Of a DNA stretch of 64,000 bases, positions 21,185-33,880 are shown piece after piece. The translations under genes were made by a program, and so were the position numbers. Numbering within the stretch: the first letter of the stretch is position 1; each line of letters starts with the position of its first letter. The notes beneath the pieces are model-generated. The model worked only from the letters and a program-made list of their open reading frames with translations. It ran no database searches and had not been told where the DNA came from. This stretch comes from Actinomycetota bacterium (GTDB lineage: Bacteria > Actinomycetota > Thermoleophilia > Gaiellales > F1-60-MAGs149): the NCBI GenBank assembly GCA_016870485.1, contig VGBM01000001.1, forward strand, positions 97,786-161,785. The letters run 5' to 3'.

Positions 21185-21603
21185 CGAGTCCGGCATCAAG
21201 GTCACACCGACCCTTCCTGCTCCTGCTTCTCTTGATCGCGGCGCTCGGCGTGGCCGCCTGCGGCTCGGACCAGTCGTCCGACAGCTCCGTCGCCGGCGGC
21301 GGTGAGGTTGGCGGCGGCACGGCCGTCTGCGACCAGGCCACGTTCGACGGCTGGGTCGGGTCCTACGGCGAGAGCAACAACACGACGGCGACCCTGCCGG
21401 CGAACTCGTTCGAGTGCGCCGACGGCTGGGCCGTCCTGCTCCCGACGGTCGGCGACGCCGACTCCGAGGTCACGGAGACCGTCGTCGTCCAGACCGAGGG
21501 CGGCATCTGGGCCCTGAGGGACCGCGAGATGGCCTGCGGCACGGACGAGGCCTCGGCCGAGGTCCGGGCCTCGCTCGACCAGCAGGCCTGTCAGACCAAC
21601 TGA
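21103..21603 (+). CDS. lipoprotein (start uncertain)
   Basis: Signal/lipobox RSHRPFLLLLLLIAALGVAAC, then a Ser/Gly linker and a Cys-containing domain. The only canonical in-frame start upstream of the signal peptide is GTG 21103, which overlaps ridA by 82 nt. CTG 21154 is an alternative. Confidence 0.6.
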   Translation: MPHHRRLHARRVPRGDRLRGRRRVRGVASPASRSHRPFLLLLLLIAALGVAACGSDQSSDSSVAGGGEVGGGTAVCDQATFDGWVGSYGESNNTTATLPANSFECADGWAVLLPTVGDADSEVTETVVVQTEGGIWALRDREMACGTDEASAEVRASLDQQACQTN

Positions 21604-21610
21604 GCTGAGA

Positions 21611-21636
21611 GCCGCCGGGGCGCATGCCCCGGCGGC
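21611..21636. terminator. perfect 11-bp GC hairpin between convergent genes
   Basis: gccgccggggc-gcat-gccccggcggc, between the lipoprotein stop (21603) and the uvrB stop (21637). Confidence 0.65.
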
Positions 21637-23631
<1,995 letters not shown>

Positions 23632-23662
23632 GCGGGTAGCGTGCCACACCGCCGCGGGGCGG

Positions 23663-24951
23663 TCACACGTCGCGTGCGAAGAGGTCGTCGACGGACTCGC
23701 GGCGCGTGATCACGCGGGCCGCGCCGCCGTCGACGAGGACGGCCGCGGGGCGGCCGAACAGGTTGTAGGTGTGCGCCATCGTCTGGTGGTAGGCGCCGGT
23801 CGCGGGCACGGCCACGACGTCGCCCACGGCGGGATCGGCGAGCGGCACGTCCTCGGCGAGGACGTCCGTCGACTCGCAGTGGCGCCCGGCGAGCCGGTAG
23901 CGGCCGGTCGGCTCGGCGGTCGGCCGCTCGGCGAGGACGGGCGCGTAGTCGGCGCCGTACAGCCCGACGCGGAGGTTGTCGCCCATGCCGCCGTCGACGG
24001 CGACCCAGGTCGACCCGTCGCCCGCCGTCTTGACACCGACGACGCGGTAGAGCGTGACGCCGCTGGTGCCCACGATCGAGCGGCCCGGCTCGACCACGAT
24101 CTCGGGCACCGCGAGGCCCTCGTCGCCGCAGACCGCGGCGATCGCCGCGACCAGCGCCTGCGTGTGCGCGCCCGGATCGGGCTGCGGCTGATCGGGCGTA
24201 TAGCGGATGCCGAGGCCACCGCCGACGTCGAGCACCTCGAGGGGTATGCCCTCGGCCTTCGCGAACGCGGGCAGCCAGCGGGCGGCGGCCACGAGCGGCT
24301 CGGGGTCGAGGACCTGCGAGCCGAGATGCACGTGCAGCCCGCGCCCGACGAGTCCGGCCGGGAGGTCGCGCAGGAGCGCAGCGCCCTCCGCCGGCGTGAC
24401 GCCGAACTTCGAGCCGTGGTGCCCGGTGGCGATGTGCCGGTGCGTGTCGACCTCGATCCCGGGCGCGATCCGCACGAGCACGTCCTGCGTGCGGCCACGC
24501 GCGCGGCAGAGGGCGCCCAGCCGCTCCGCCTCGTTGCGGCCGTCGAGGACCACGAGGCCCGCGTCGGCGTCGAGCGCTGCCGCGAGGTCTGCAGCGCACT
24601 TCGCATTACCGTGGATCACGAGCGACGCGCCCTCGAAGCCGGCGCGTCGGGCCGCCTCGATCTCGCCGGCGGAGGCGCAGTCGGCGCCGAGCCCCGCCTC
24701 CCGCACGAGGCGCAGGACGGCGAGCGCGGACTGGGCCTTGAGGGCGAAGGCCGCGCGCCCGCCGCTCGGGGCGTCCCGCACCGCGGCGGCGACGGCCGCC
24801 GCCCGCGTCCGGATCGAGGCCGCGTCGTGGACGTAGAGCGGCGTGCCGTGCTCCTCGGCCAGCGCCGACAGGGCCACGCCGTCGAGCTCGATCCCGTACG
24901 GGCCGAGCACGGCCCCCTCGGGGAACGGCAGGAGCGCGTCCGGCCGGTCGC

Positions 24952-24955
<4 letters not shown>
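23663..24955 (-). CDS. lysA: diaminopimelate decarboxylase
   Basis: 430 aa: [15 protein letters not shown] (PLP Lys), HVHLGSQ, DVGGGLG, CESTD. GTG start overlaps the argH stop (GTGA). Confidence 0.9.
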
Positions 24956-26274
<1,319 letters not shown>

Positions 26275-26284
26275 GTCGCGGCCC

Positions 26285-27388
26285 CTAGTCGTCCGACTTG
26301 AGGAAGTCCGGGACGTCGATGTCGCCGTCGCCGACCTCGAGGGTCGCCGGACGGCTGATGTCGAACTCGCGCGTCGACAGCGCGCCGAGCGACGACTCCG
26401 AGGTCCGCTGGGCGGCACGCGGCATCGGGGCGGGCTTGCGGTCGAAGCCGGTGGCGACCACGGTCACGCGGATGTGATCACCCATGCCCTCGTCGATGAC
26501 GGCGCCGAAGATGATGTTGGCGTTCTGGTCGGCCGCGTTCGCGATCACCTCGGCCGCGTCGTTGACCTCGAACAGGCCGAGGTCCGGACCGCCCGTGATG
26601 TTGAGCAGGATGCCCGTGGCGCCCTGGACGCTCGACTCGAGCAGCGGCGACGAGATCGCGGCCCGCGCCGCTTCGCCCGCGCGGCGATCGCCGGCGGCCT
26701 GGCCGATGCCCATCAGGGCCGTGCCGGAGTCGCGCATGACGGTGCGGATGTCGGCGAAGTCGAGGTTGATCAGGCCGGGGATCGTGATCAGGTCGGTAAT
26801 GCCCTGCACACCCTGGCGCAGCACGTCGTCGGCCATCTGGAAGGCGTCGACGATGGAGGTGCGCCGCTCGACCAGGTTGAGCAGGCGGTCGTTCGGGATC
26901 ACGACGATCGTGTCGACGTTGGCGGCGAGCTCCTCGATGCCGCTGTCGGCCTGTTCGGAGCGCCGGCGGCCCTCGAAGCCGAAGGGCCGGGTGACGATGC
27001 CGACGGTCAGCGCGCCCATCTCCTTGGCGGCCTCCGCGATCACGGGGGCGGCGCCGGTGCCGGTGCCCCCGCCCTCGCCGGCCGTCACGAAGACCATGTC
27101 GGCGCCGCGGAGGGCCTCCTTGATCTCCTCCTTGGACTCAATCGCGGCCTCGCGGCCCACGTCCGGGTTCGCGCCGGCCCCGAGCCCGCGCGTGATCTTC
27201 GCGCCGAGCTGGATCTTGACGTCGGCGTCCGTCATCTGGAGCGCCTGGGCGTCCGTATTGGCGGCGATGAACTCCACGCCGCGCAGACCCGCGTCGACCA
27301 TCCGGTTGACGGCGTTCGTGCCGCCGCCGCCGACGCCGACGACCTTGATCACCGCCAGATACGCGCCACTTCCGTCGCGAGCCGCCAT
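26285..27388 (-). CDS. ftsZ: cell division protein FtsZ
   Basis: [15 protein letters not shown] and the tubulin signature [21 protein letters not shown] lies 7 nt upstream of ATG 27388. Confidence 0.97.
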   Translation of the reverse strand: MAARDGSGAYLAVIKVVGVGGGGTNAVNRMVDAGLRGVEFIAANTDAQALQMTDADVKIQLGAKITRGLGAGANPDVGREAAIESKEEIKEALRGADMVFVTAGEGGGTGTGAAPVIAEAAKEMGALTVGIVTRPFGFEGRRRSEQADSGIEELAANVDTIVVIPNDRLLNLVERRTSIVDAFQMADDVLRQGVQGITDLITIPGLINLDFADIRTVMRDSGTALMGIGQAAGDRRAGEAARAAISSPLLESSVQGATGILLNITGGPDLGLFEVNDAAEVIANAADQNANIIFGAVIDEGMGDHIRVTVVATGFDRKPAPMPRAAQRTSESSLGALSTREFDISRPATLEVGDGDIDVPDFLKSDD

Positions 27389-27576
27389 CGTGTGCCTCCG
27401 CTCCAGATCTCTACGTCTACGTCAGGTTGAGGTTAGGGTCCTGAAATGCGAAAGGCCCGCCGCCGGGAGGCGGGAGCCGTTGCGGAGTGTACAGAACATG
27501 CCGGATCCGCGTCAACGGGGAACCCTCAAGCGTGCCCTGATCCGCTGGCCGGAGGAGTCTCAAGGGTCAGCGGAGA

Positions 27577-28431
27577 TCAGCCGAACACCGTCCGGATGCT
27601 CTCCGCGGGCGCGGCCCCGGCGACCCAGTCGCCGAGATCACCCACCGGCGGCAGCGCACCCGGGTTGAGGGCGGGCGCGTTGGCCGTCAGGGGGTCCCCC
27701 GTGGCCGTGCGCAGGACCGGTGCCGTCGGCACCGTCACGTCGATGTACGCGAAGGCGCCGTCGGCGCGGCGCATGACCGCCCGAGCGACCTTGACCTTGA
27801 CCGGGAGATCGCGGCCGTCACCGAAGCGGACCTGGCCGCCGCCGGCGAGGAGGCCGACCATCCCGTCGTCGCCGAACCCGATGGCCCGCAGGCGGATGGC
27901 GCGCGAGGGCAGCGCGGCCAGCGCGATCTGCTCGCGCACCCGCGGCGCCGTCACGACGCCGCCGGGACCCGGAATGTCGGCCGGTGCGGAGCTGATCACC
28001 GGCAGCTGTGTGCGCTCCGTCGGGCGCCCGAGGACGGTGCCGGATGCGCCGACCAATACCAGCCCGTTGCCGGTCGGGGCGAGGGCGACCGCACGCTCGC
28101 GGGTGACGGTGACGCGCAGGGTGCCGGGGAACGAGCGGTCGACCTCCGCGGTGCGGATCTGCGGCAGCTCCTCAACGGCGGTCGCGACATGGTCCGCATC
28201 GACGCTGAGCATGCTCGCGGAGCCGACGGTGGCGAGGGCGGCCTCGCGCACGGCGGTCGCGGTCGCGCCCTTCGCGCCGACGACCTGCACCTGCGAGACG
28301 CCGAAGGCCCCGACGCGGTCGAGCCCCATCAGACCGAGGACGCCGAGGCCGACGACCGCCATGCCGGCGAGGAGCGCGAGCGGCGCCAGCGCAGCCGTCC
28401 TCAGCCCTCTCCCCCGCAGTCGCTCCCGCAT
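27577..28431 (-). CDS. ftsQ: cell division protein FtsQ/DivIB
   Basis: N-terminal TM segment (LAPLALLAGMAVVGLGVLGL), then a POTRA-like VSQVQVVGAKG...SFPGTLRVTVTER. Lies immediately upstream of ftsZ. Confidence 0.8.
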   Translation of the reverse strand: MRERLRGRGLRTAALAPLALLAGMAVVGLGVLGLMGLDRVGAFGVSQVQVVGAKGATATAVREAALATVGSASMLSVDADHVATAVEELPQIRTAEVDRSFPGTLRVTVTRERAVALAPTGNGLVLVGASGTVLGRPTERTQLPVISSAPADIPGPGGVVTAPRVREQIALAALPSRAIRLRAIGFGDDGMVGLLAGGGQVRFGDGRDLPVKVKVARAVMRRADGAFAYIDVTVPTAPVLRTATGDPLTANAPALNPGALPPVGDLGDWVAGAAPAESIRTVFG

Positions 28432-28436
28432 ACACC

Positions 28437-28442
28437 AAACTA
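28437..28442 (-). promoter_or_regulatory. -10-like hexamer TAGTTT, 5 nt before ATG 28431 (ftsQ)
   Basis: Minus strand reads TAGTTT-ggtgt-ATG. The spacer is one nt shorter than in the other cases. Confidence 0.3.
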
Positions 28443-28471
28443 CGCCGCGGGAGCCCGCTTTCCTCCCGCCC

Positions 28472-29026
28472 TCAGGTGATCAAGGCCGTCGCGGCGAGCC
28501 CGATCGCGAGGCCGAGCAGGATGCACAGCGCGAGCAGCAGCCCCACCCCCAGGCCGGCGCCCTCGCGCTCGGCGTGCCCCCGGGCCCAGCGCACCACGAG
28601 CGCGAACGCGACGACGACGCAGGCCGCGACGCCGGCCAGCCACGGCCAGGCGATCCCGTCCATCGGGGCCAGCGTCAGCTCGAGGCAGCGAACGGCGCCG
28701 ATCACCGCGAGGAGGGGCAGGCACCACAGGACGCCGGCGGCGGGCCAGTGCGGCGGCCGGAAGAACAGGTACGTGGCGATCAGGCCCGGCAGGGCCGACA
28801 CGAGGATCAGAGTCCAGGGGCCGACGCCGGGGCAGGCGTCGGCCGCGCGCACCGAGCGGTCCGCGAGGCAGTAGCCGCCGATCCCCGCCTCCCCGCCGAT
28901 CAGTGTGACGGCCATGGCGGTGGTCGCTGCGACGAGGACGGCCACGAGCAGCGCCAGCCGCGGCCTGCCGGTCTCGAGCCCCCGATCGAGCACGCTAGGA
29001 TGTTCCCACGTCGGCCGGTCAGCCAC
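28472..29026 (-). CDS. integral membrane protein (hypothetical)
   Basis: 184 aa with about five hydrophobic segments and a GTG start. No family recognised. Confidence 0.6.
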   Translation of the reverse strand: MADRPTWEHPSVLDRGLETGRPRLALLVAVLVAATTAMAVTLIGGEAGIGGYCLADRSVRAADACPGVGPWTLILVSALPGLIATYLFFRPPHWPAAGVLWCLPLLAVIGAVRCLELTLAPMDGIAWPWLAGVAACVVVAFALVVRWARGHAEREGAGLGVGLLLALCILLGLAIGLAATALIT

Positions 29027-29156
29027 CGCGGCGCCAGACGAACGGGATCACAGCCACGAGCGGCAGGACACCGAGCCAGGTGTCGAAGAGCCACGCGATC
29101 GCGACCGACAGGGCGATCGCGACGGCGCCGATAACCACCCACGCCCGCACGTCCAC
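29019..29156 (-). CDS. small membrane protein (45 aa), not in the ORF track
   Basis: GTG 29156 to TGA 29019 gives VDVRAWVVIGAVAIALSVAIAWLFDTWLGVLPLVAVIPFVWRRGG. It is preceded by TACCCT-N6. Its stop overlaps the downstream GTG start in GTGGCTGA. Confidence 0.45.
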   Translation of the reverse strand: MDVRAWVVIGAVAIALSVAIAWLFDTWLGVLPLVAVIPFVWRRGG

Positions 29157-29162
29157 GCATCA

Positions 29163-29168
29163 AGGGTA
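29163..29168 (-). promoter_or_regulatory. -10-like hexamer TACCCT, 6 nt before GTG 29156
   Basis: Minus strand reads TACCCT-tgatgc-GTG. Confidence 0.35.
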
Positions 29169-29222
29169 CCGGCGCGGGCACGCCGCGCAGCGCCACGGCC
29201 CCACGACGCCCCACGGACGCGC

Positions 29223-29228
29223 TACCGT
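29223..29228 (+). promoter_or_regulatory. -10-like hexamer TACCGT, 6 nt before GTG 29235
   Basis: TACCGT-cgtggc-GTG. Divergent from the 29163-29168 box. Confidence 0.35.
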
Positions 29229-29234
29229 CGTGGC

Positions 29235-29570
29235 GTGACCCTGCTCGCGGCCGCTCTGATCGTGATCGGCCTCGTCGTGATCGCGGTCACGCTCCGCGAC
29301 GAGCGGGACGTCGCCGCGATTGGCATCGCCGCCGGCGGCCTGGCGCTCGCCAGCGCCGGGCTGACCGGGCTGATCTCGTCCACGACGTGGAACCCGTCCG
29401 ACGCGCTCCGCGTCGGGGCGGGGGCAGTTGCCGCGCTGGCCTGGGTCGCCGCGCTCGGCGCGGGCACAGGCGGGCTGATGCGGGGCGACCGGCGGCGTGG
29501 CGGCGCCGCACTCGCGCTCGCGGGCCTGACCGCGGTCGCCGCCATCGCTCTGGCCTCCGCCGCCGGGTGA
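29235..29570 (+). CDS. small membrane protein (hypothetical, 111 aa)
   Basis: VTLLAAALIVIGLVVIAVTL... with about four Ala/Gly/Leu-rich hydrophobic segments. This is the C-terminal part of track ORF 28905-29570. Leaderless-type signature at GTG 29235. Confidence 0.5.
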   Translation: MTLLAAALIVIGLVVIAVTLRDERDVAAIGIAAGGLALASAGLTGLISSTTWNPSDALRVGAGAVAALAWVAALGAGTGGLMRGDRRRGGAALALAGLTAVAAIALASAAG

Positions 29571-29582
29571 CGACCCCGAGAG

Positions 29583-29655
29583 AGCGGGCGATGGGTCTCG
29601 AACCCACGACCTACAGCTTGGGAAGCTGTCGCTCTACCAACTGAGCTACGCCCGC
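29583..29655 (-). tRNA. tRNA-Gly (anticodon CCC)
   Basis: Reverse strand reads GCGGGCG-TA-GCTC-AGTTGGTA-GAGC-G-ACAGC-TTCCCAA-GCTGT-AGGTC-GTGGG-TTCGAGA-CCCAT-CGCCCGC-T. This is a 73-nt cloverleaf with a perfect 7-bp acceptor stem and discriminator U. CCA is not encoded. Confidence 0.95.
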
Positions 29656-29665
29656 GTGGACACGG

Positions 29666-29671
29666 ATCCTA
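29666..29671 (-). promoter_or_regulatory. -10-like hexamer TAGGAT, 10 nt before the mature tRNA-Gly 5' end
   Basis: Minus strand reads TAGGAT-ccgtgtccac-GCGGGCG. The hexamer includes the stop codon of the upstream gene. Confidence 0.4.
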
Positions 29672-30043
29672 GCGCGTCGCGACGTAGGCGGCCCACCCGC
29701 CATGCGCCGTGATGTCCTGCGCGGCCAGCCAGTCGCGGTCGGCGAGCATCGCCACCGCGCGGGTGCCGTTCTCGAGCTCGACCTCTCCTACGACGAGGCC
29801 CGGCGGCTCGTTCGTCACCTTCGCGTACCACATGCGCCGTGGGATCCGGTAGATCTCGCACGGGAACGAGACGCCCCGGCCCCGGTCCTCGATAGGCAGC
29901 GGGTGGGGTTCTGTCGGGGCTCTGCATTCGGTCGACGGCGCCGTGCGCGCCTCCCGCACGAGAGCACGACCCTCGATCTGGTGACGGTTCGGCAGCCCCC
30001 GCAGGGTCGTGCCGGAGATGGCGCTCTCGACGTGGTCGCCCAC
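29669..30043 (-). CDS. gamma-glutamylcyclotransferase-fold protein (allophanate-hydrolase C-terminal-domain-like)
   Basis: 124 aa: ISGTTLRGLPNRHQIEG...REARTAP...CEIYRIP...GEVELENG...AQDITAHGGWAAYVA. This resembles the stand-alone allophanate-hydrolase-related domain, from memory. GTG start. Confidence 0.55.
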   Translation of the reverse strand: MGDHVESAISGTTLRGLPNRHQIEGRALVREARTAPSTECRAPTEPHPLPIEDRGRGVSFPCEIYRIPRRMWYAKVTNEPPGLVVGEVELENGTRAVAMLADRDWLAAQDITAHGGWAAYVATR

Positions 30044-30049
30044 GCGGGC

Positions 30050-30055
30050 ACCCTA
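30050..30055 (-). promoter_or_regulatory. -10-like hexamer TAGGGT, 6 nt before GTG 30043
   Basis: Minus strand reads TAGGGT-gcccgc-GTG. Confidence 0.35.
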
Positions 30056-30058
30056 GCG

Positions 30059-30082
30059 CCCGTGCCGGTGCCCCGGCACGGG
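30059..30082 (-). terminator. perfect 10-bp GC hairpin just after the ahcY stop
   Basis: cccgtgccgg-tgcc-ccggcacggg, 10 nt downstream of the ahcY stop codon (30093-30095). Confidence 0.6.
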
Positions 30083-30092
30083 CCGCTCGGGT

Positions 30093-31553
<1,461 letters not shown>

Positions 31554-31577
31554 GGACACTCCTTTACTCCGGGGCAG

Positions 31578-31583
31578 ATTATC
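31578..31583 (-). promoter_or_regulatory. -10-like hexamer GATAAT upstream of ahcY
   Basis: This is the only AT-rich patch in the 77-nt GNAT-ahcY spacer. Minus strand reads cgcgaatGATAATctgccccggagtAAGGAGtgtccATG. Confidence 0.35.
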
Positions 31584-31636
31584 ATTCGCGCCCGGATACG
31601 GCGCGGCTCAGCGCCGCGCGGAGGGCCCCGGAGGGC

Positions 31637-32158
31637 TCAGGCGGCCTCGTCGAGCACGAGCACGAGACGCTCGAGGGCGACGAAGCGGCCGTCGACATGT
31701 GCCCCGAAAGGATCGACCTCGCGCCGCACGAACCCGAGCCGCCCGTACAGGCTCCAGGAGGGGTCCTCGTTCTCGACCACCTCAAGGTAGACCGCGCGCA
31801 CCTCGGCCCGGGCCGCCCAGTCGAGCGCCCCCTTCACGAGCCGCCGCCCGACGCCGCGCCCGCGGCAGGCCGGGGCGAGCCAGACGCCCCAGAGGGTCGC
31901 GCGGTGCCGCCGCCGCTGGCCGATGTCGCGCGCGATGCCCGCCATCCCGACGGGCCGCCCGTCCGCCAGCGCCAGCAGGACCAGCTGGTCGCCCTCCCCC
32001 GTGCTGGCGGCGGCGCGCGCCGCCCACACGTCGTCGGAATCCGCGGCGACCTCGTCGTAGGTCTCGAGGAAGGCGCCCGGGTTCGCCGCCAGGGCGGCGA
32101 GACGCACCTCGTGCAGGAGCCTTCCCTCTCCCGCCCGCACGGCGCGCACCTCGATCAT
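31637..32158 (-). CDS. GNAT-family N-acetyltransferase
   Basis: 173 aa with the acetyl-CoA motif WLAPACRGRGVGRRLV. ATGA overlap with the upstream pgk paralog. Confidence 0.8.
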   Translation of the reverse strand: MIEVRAVRAGEGRLLHEVRLAALAANPGAFLETYDEVAADSDDVWAARAAASTGEGDQLVLLALADGRPVGMAGIARDIGQRRRHRATLWGVWLAPACRGRGVGRRLVKGALDWAARAEVRAVYLEVVENEDPSWSLYGRLGFVRREVDPFGAHVDGRFVALERLVLVLDEAA

Positions 32159-33345
32159 GCGCGCAGCCCCTCGAGCGCGGGCAGCTCGCGCCCGGCCAGG
32201 AGGTCCAGCATCGCGGCACCGCCGGTGCTCACGTAGGTGACGGCGTCCGCGCGGCCCGCGCCGCGCAGGGCAGAGGCGGTGTCGCCGCCGCCCACCACCA
32301 CGGTGCCGGGGCAGTCTGCGACCGCCGCGATCAGCGCGTCGGTCCCGGACCGGAACGGCTCCATCTCGAAGGCCCCGGGCGGCCCGTCCCAGACCACGTG
32401 CGCCGCGCCGCGGATCCGCTCGGCGTAGCGCGCAGCCGTCTCGGGGCCGATGTCGAGCGCGACCCGTCGGTCGCCGATCGCGTCGGCCGCCTCAACGCCG
32501 ATACGGGCGTCGGTGGTGAGGCCGTCGGTGGAGACCAGGTCGGTGGGCAGGACAAGCTCGCAGCCGGAGGCGGCGGCCGCGGCAACGACCGCGCGGGCGG
32601 CGTCGATGGCCCCGCGGTCGACGATCGAGGCGCCGAGCGCGCCGCCCTCGGCCGCCAGGAAGACGTTGGCGAGCGCGCCGCCCACGAGGATCGCCTCCGC
32701 GATGCCCGCGAGGCGCTCGAGCGCGGGCAGCTTGTCGGCGGCCTTCGCGCCACCGGCGACCACGACGCCGGACGTGACGCCGCCGATGCGCAGCTCCTCG
32801 AGCGCGGCCACCTCCTGGGCCACGACGAGACCCGCGACGCTCGGCAGGTGGCGGGCGATGCCCGTCGTGGAGGCCTGCCGGCGGTGGGCGGCGCCAAAGG
32901 CGTCGAAGACGAAGGCGCGTCCCGGACCGGCGAGCTGCGCGGCCAGCGCGTCGTCGTCGTCGGCCTCGCCGGGCTCGAAGCGCACGTTCTCGAGCAGGAC
33001 GGCATCACCGGGGCGCAGGTTGAGGACGGCGGCGCGGGCCAGCGGCCCGACCGTATCCCCCGCGTGCGCGACGAGCGAGCTGACAGCGCTGGAGAGCCGG
33101 TCGGCGACGGGCAGGAGCGACCCCGCGGGCACGACCCGCCGGCCGCCGGGCCGGCCGAGGTGCGCGAGCACGATCGTGAACGCGCCGCCCTCCATCAACG
33201 CGCGGATCGTGGTCGCCGCGGCGACGATCCGCGCGTCGTCGATGATCCGGCCGTCCTCGTCGATCGGCACGTTGAGGTCCGCGCGCACGACGACGGGCAG
33301 GTTCTCGAGCCCGCCCAGCTCCGCGAGCCCGCGCAGCGCGCTCAC
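32155..33345 (-). CDS. pgk: phosphoglycerate kinase paralog (second copy in the window)
   Basis: 396 aa retaining PGK motifs: RADLNVP, AHLGRPGG, LLENVRFEPGE, FDAFGAAHR, GGAKAADK, WDGPPGAFE, GGGDT, STGGAAMLDLL. GTG start. Confidence 0.85.
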   Translation of the reverse strand: MSALRGLAELGGLENLPVVVRADLNVPIDEDGRIIDDARIVAAATTIRALMEGGAFTIVLAHLGRPGGRRVVPAGSLLPVADRLSSAVSSLVAHAGDTVGPLARAAVLNLRPGDAVLLENVRFEPGEADDDDALAAQLAGPGRAFVFDAFGAAHRRQASTTGIARHLPSVAGLVVAQEVAALEELRIGGVTSGVVVAGGAKAADKLPALERLAGIAEAILVGGALANVFLAAEGGALGASIVDRGAIDAARAVVAAAAASGCELVLPTDLVSTDGLTTDARIGVEAADAIGDRRVALDIGPETAARYAERIRGAAHVVWDGPPGAFEMEPFRSGTDALIAAVADCPGTVVVGGGDTASALRGAGRADAVTYVSTGGAAMLDLLAGRELPALEGLRA

Positions 33346-33414
33346 GCGGCCTGCCGGCGGTGGCGGGGACGGGGCACCGGGGCGGCGCTGTGGGCGGGGA
33401 CGACCACGAGCGGA

Positions 33415-33420
33415 ATCCTA
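33415..33420 (-). promoter_or_regulatory. -10-like hexamer TAGGAT, 69 nt upstream of the pgk-paralog start
   Basis: Faces away from a TAGGAT at 33460-33465, forming a divergent pair. A GGCGGGC/GCCCGCC hairpin lies between them. Confidence 0.3.
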
Positions 33421-33459
33421 GGCGCGTCTGGCGGGCGACCACCCCGGTTGCCCGCCGGA

Positions 33460-33465
33460 TAGGAT
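33460..33465 (+). promoter_or_regulatory. -10-like hexamer TAGGAT, 28 nt upstream of ATG 33494 (ridA copy 2, which has a GAGGAGG RBS)
   Basis: ggaTAGGATccccgcagtccacGAGGAGGagcgcacgATG. Confidence 0.35.
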
Positions 33466-33493
33466 CCCCGCAGTCCACGAGGAGGAGCGCACG

Positions 33494-33880
33494 ATGGCGC
33501 AGACGATCATCAACCCCCCGGATGGCCCGCCCCACGGCGGCCCCTACAGCCACGGGATCCGCGTCGGCGACATGGTCTTCACCGCCGGCCAGGGCCCGTT
33601 CAACGCGGCCGGGGAGCTCGTCGGCGACGACGTCGCGGCGCAGACGGAGGTCGTGCTCGACAACATCGAGCGGATCCTCGCCGAGGCCGGGGCCACGCTC
33701 GACGACGTTGTGCGCGTGACCGCGCACCTGCAGGACCTCAAGGGCGACTTCGCCGCCTACAACGAGGTCTACGCGCGCCGCTTCGGCGACCACCGCCCGT
33801 GCCGCACGACGGTCGGCAGCACCCTCGGCGGGTTCCTCGTTGAGATCGACGTGATCGCGATCGCCAGCAGCGGCGGCTAG
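33494..33880 (+). CDS. RidA (YjgF/UK114) family protein, copy 2
   Basis: 128 aa. The C-terminal half is nearly identical to copy 1 (VTAHLQDLKGDFAAYNEVYARRFGDHRPCRTTVGSTLGGFLVEID). Confidence 0.88.
   Translation: MAQTIINPPDGPPHGGPYSHGIRVGDMVFTAGQGPFNAAGELVGDDVAAQTEVVLDNIERILAEAGATLDDVVRVTAHLQDLKGDFAAYNEVYARRFGDHRPCRTTVGSTLGGFLVEIDVIAIASSGG

Noticed and set aside
27389-27576. ftsA remnant or small ORF in the 188-nt ftsQ-ftsZ spacer; also a tctacg-tctacg direct repeat and a CCCGCC/GGCGGG hairpin there.
   Set aside because: There is no open frame of meaningful length. The features are consistent with ordinary ftsZ promoter and leader sequence and are too short to interpret further without TSS data.
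28472-29671. tRNA-Gly as the edge of an integrated element, given small unknown membrane ORFs next to its 3' end.
   Set aside because: There is no integrase, no repeat of the tRNA 3' end that I could find, and no composition change. The ORFs carry the same promoter and codon style as the rest of the window.
31560-31636. Possible SAH riboswitch in front of ahcY.
   Set aside because: The spacer is only 77 nt. It is largely taken up by a simple GCGCGGC/GCCGCGC hairpin, a GATAAT box and the RBS. I could not find the conserved SAH-element core. A covariance-model scan (Rfam SAH_riboswitch) would settle it.
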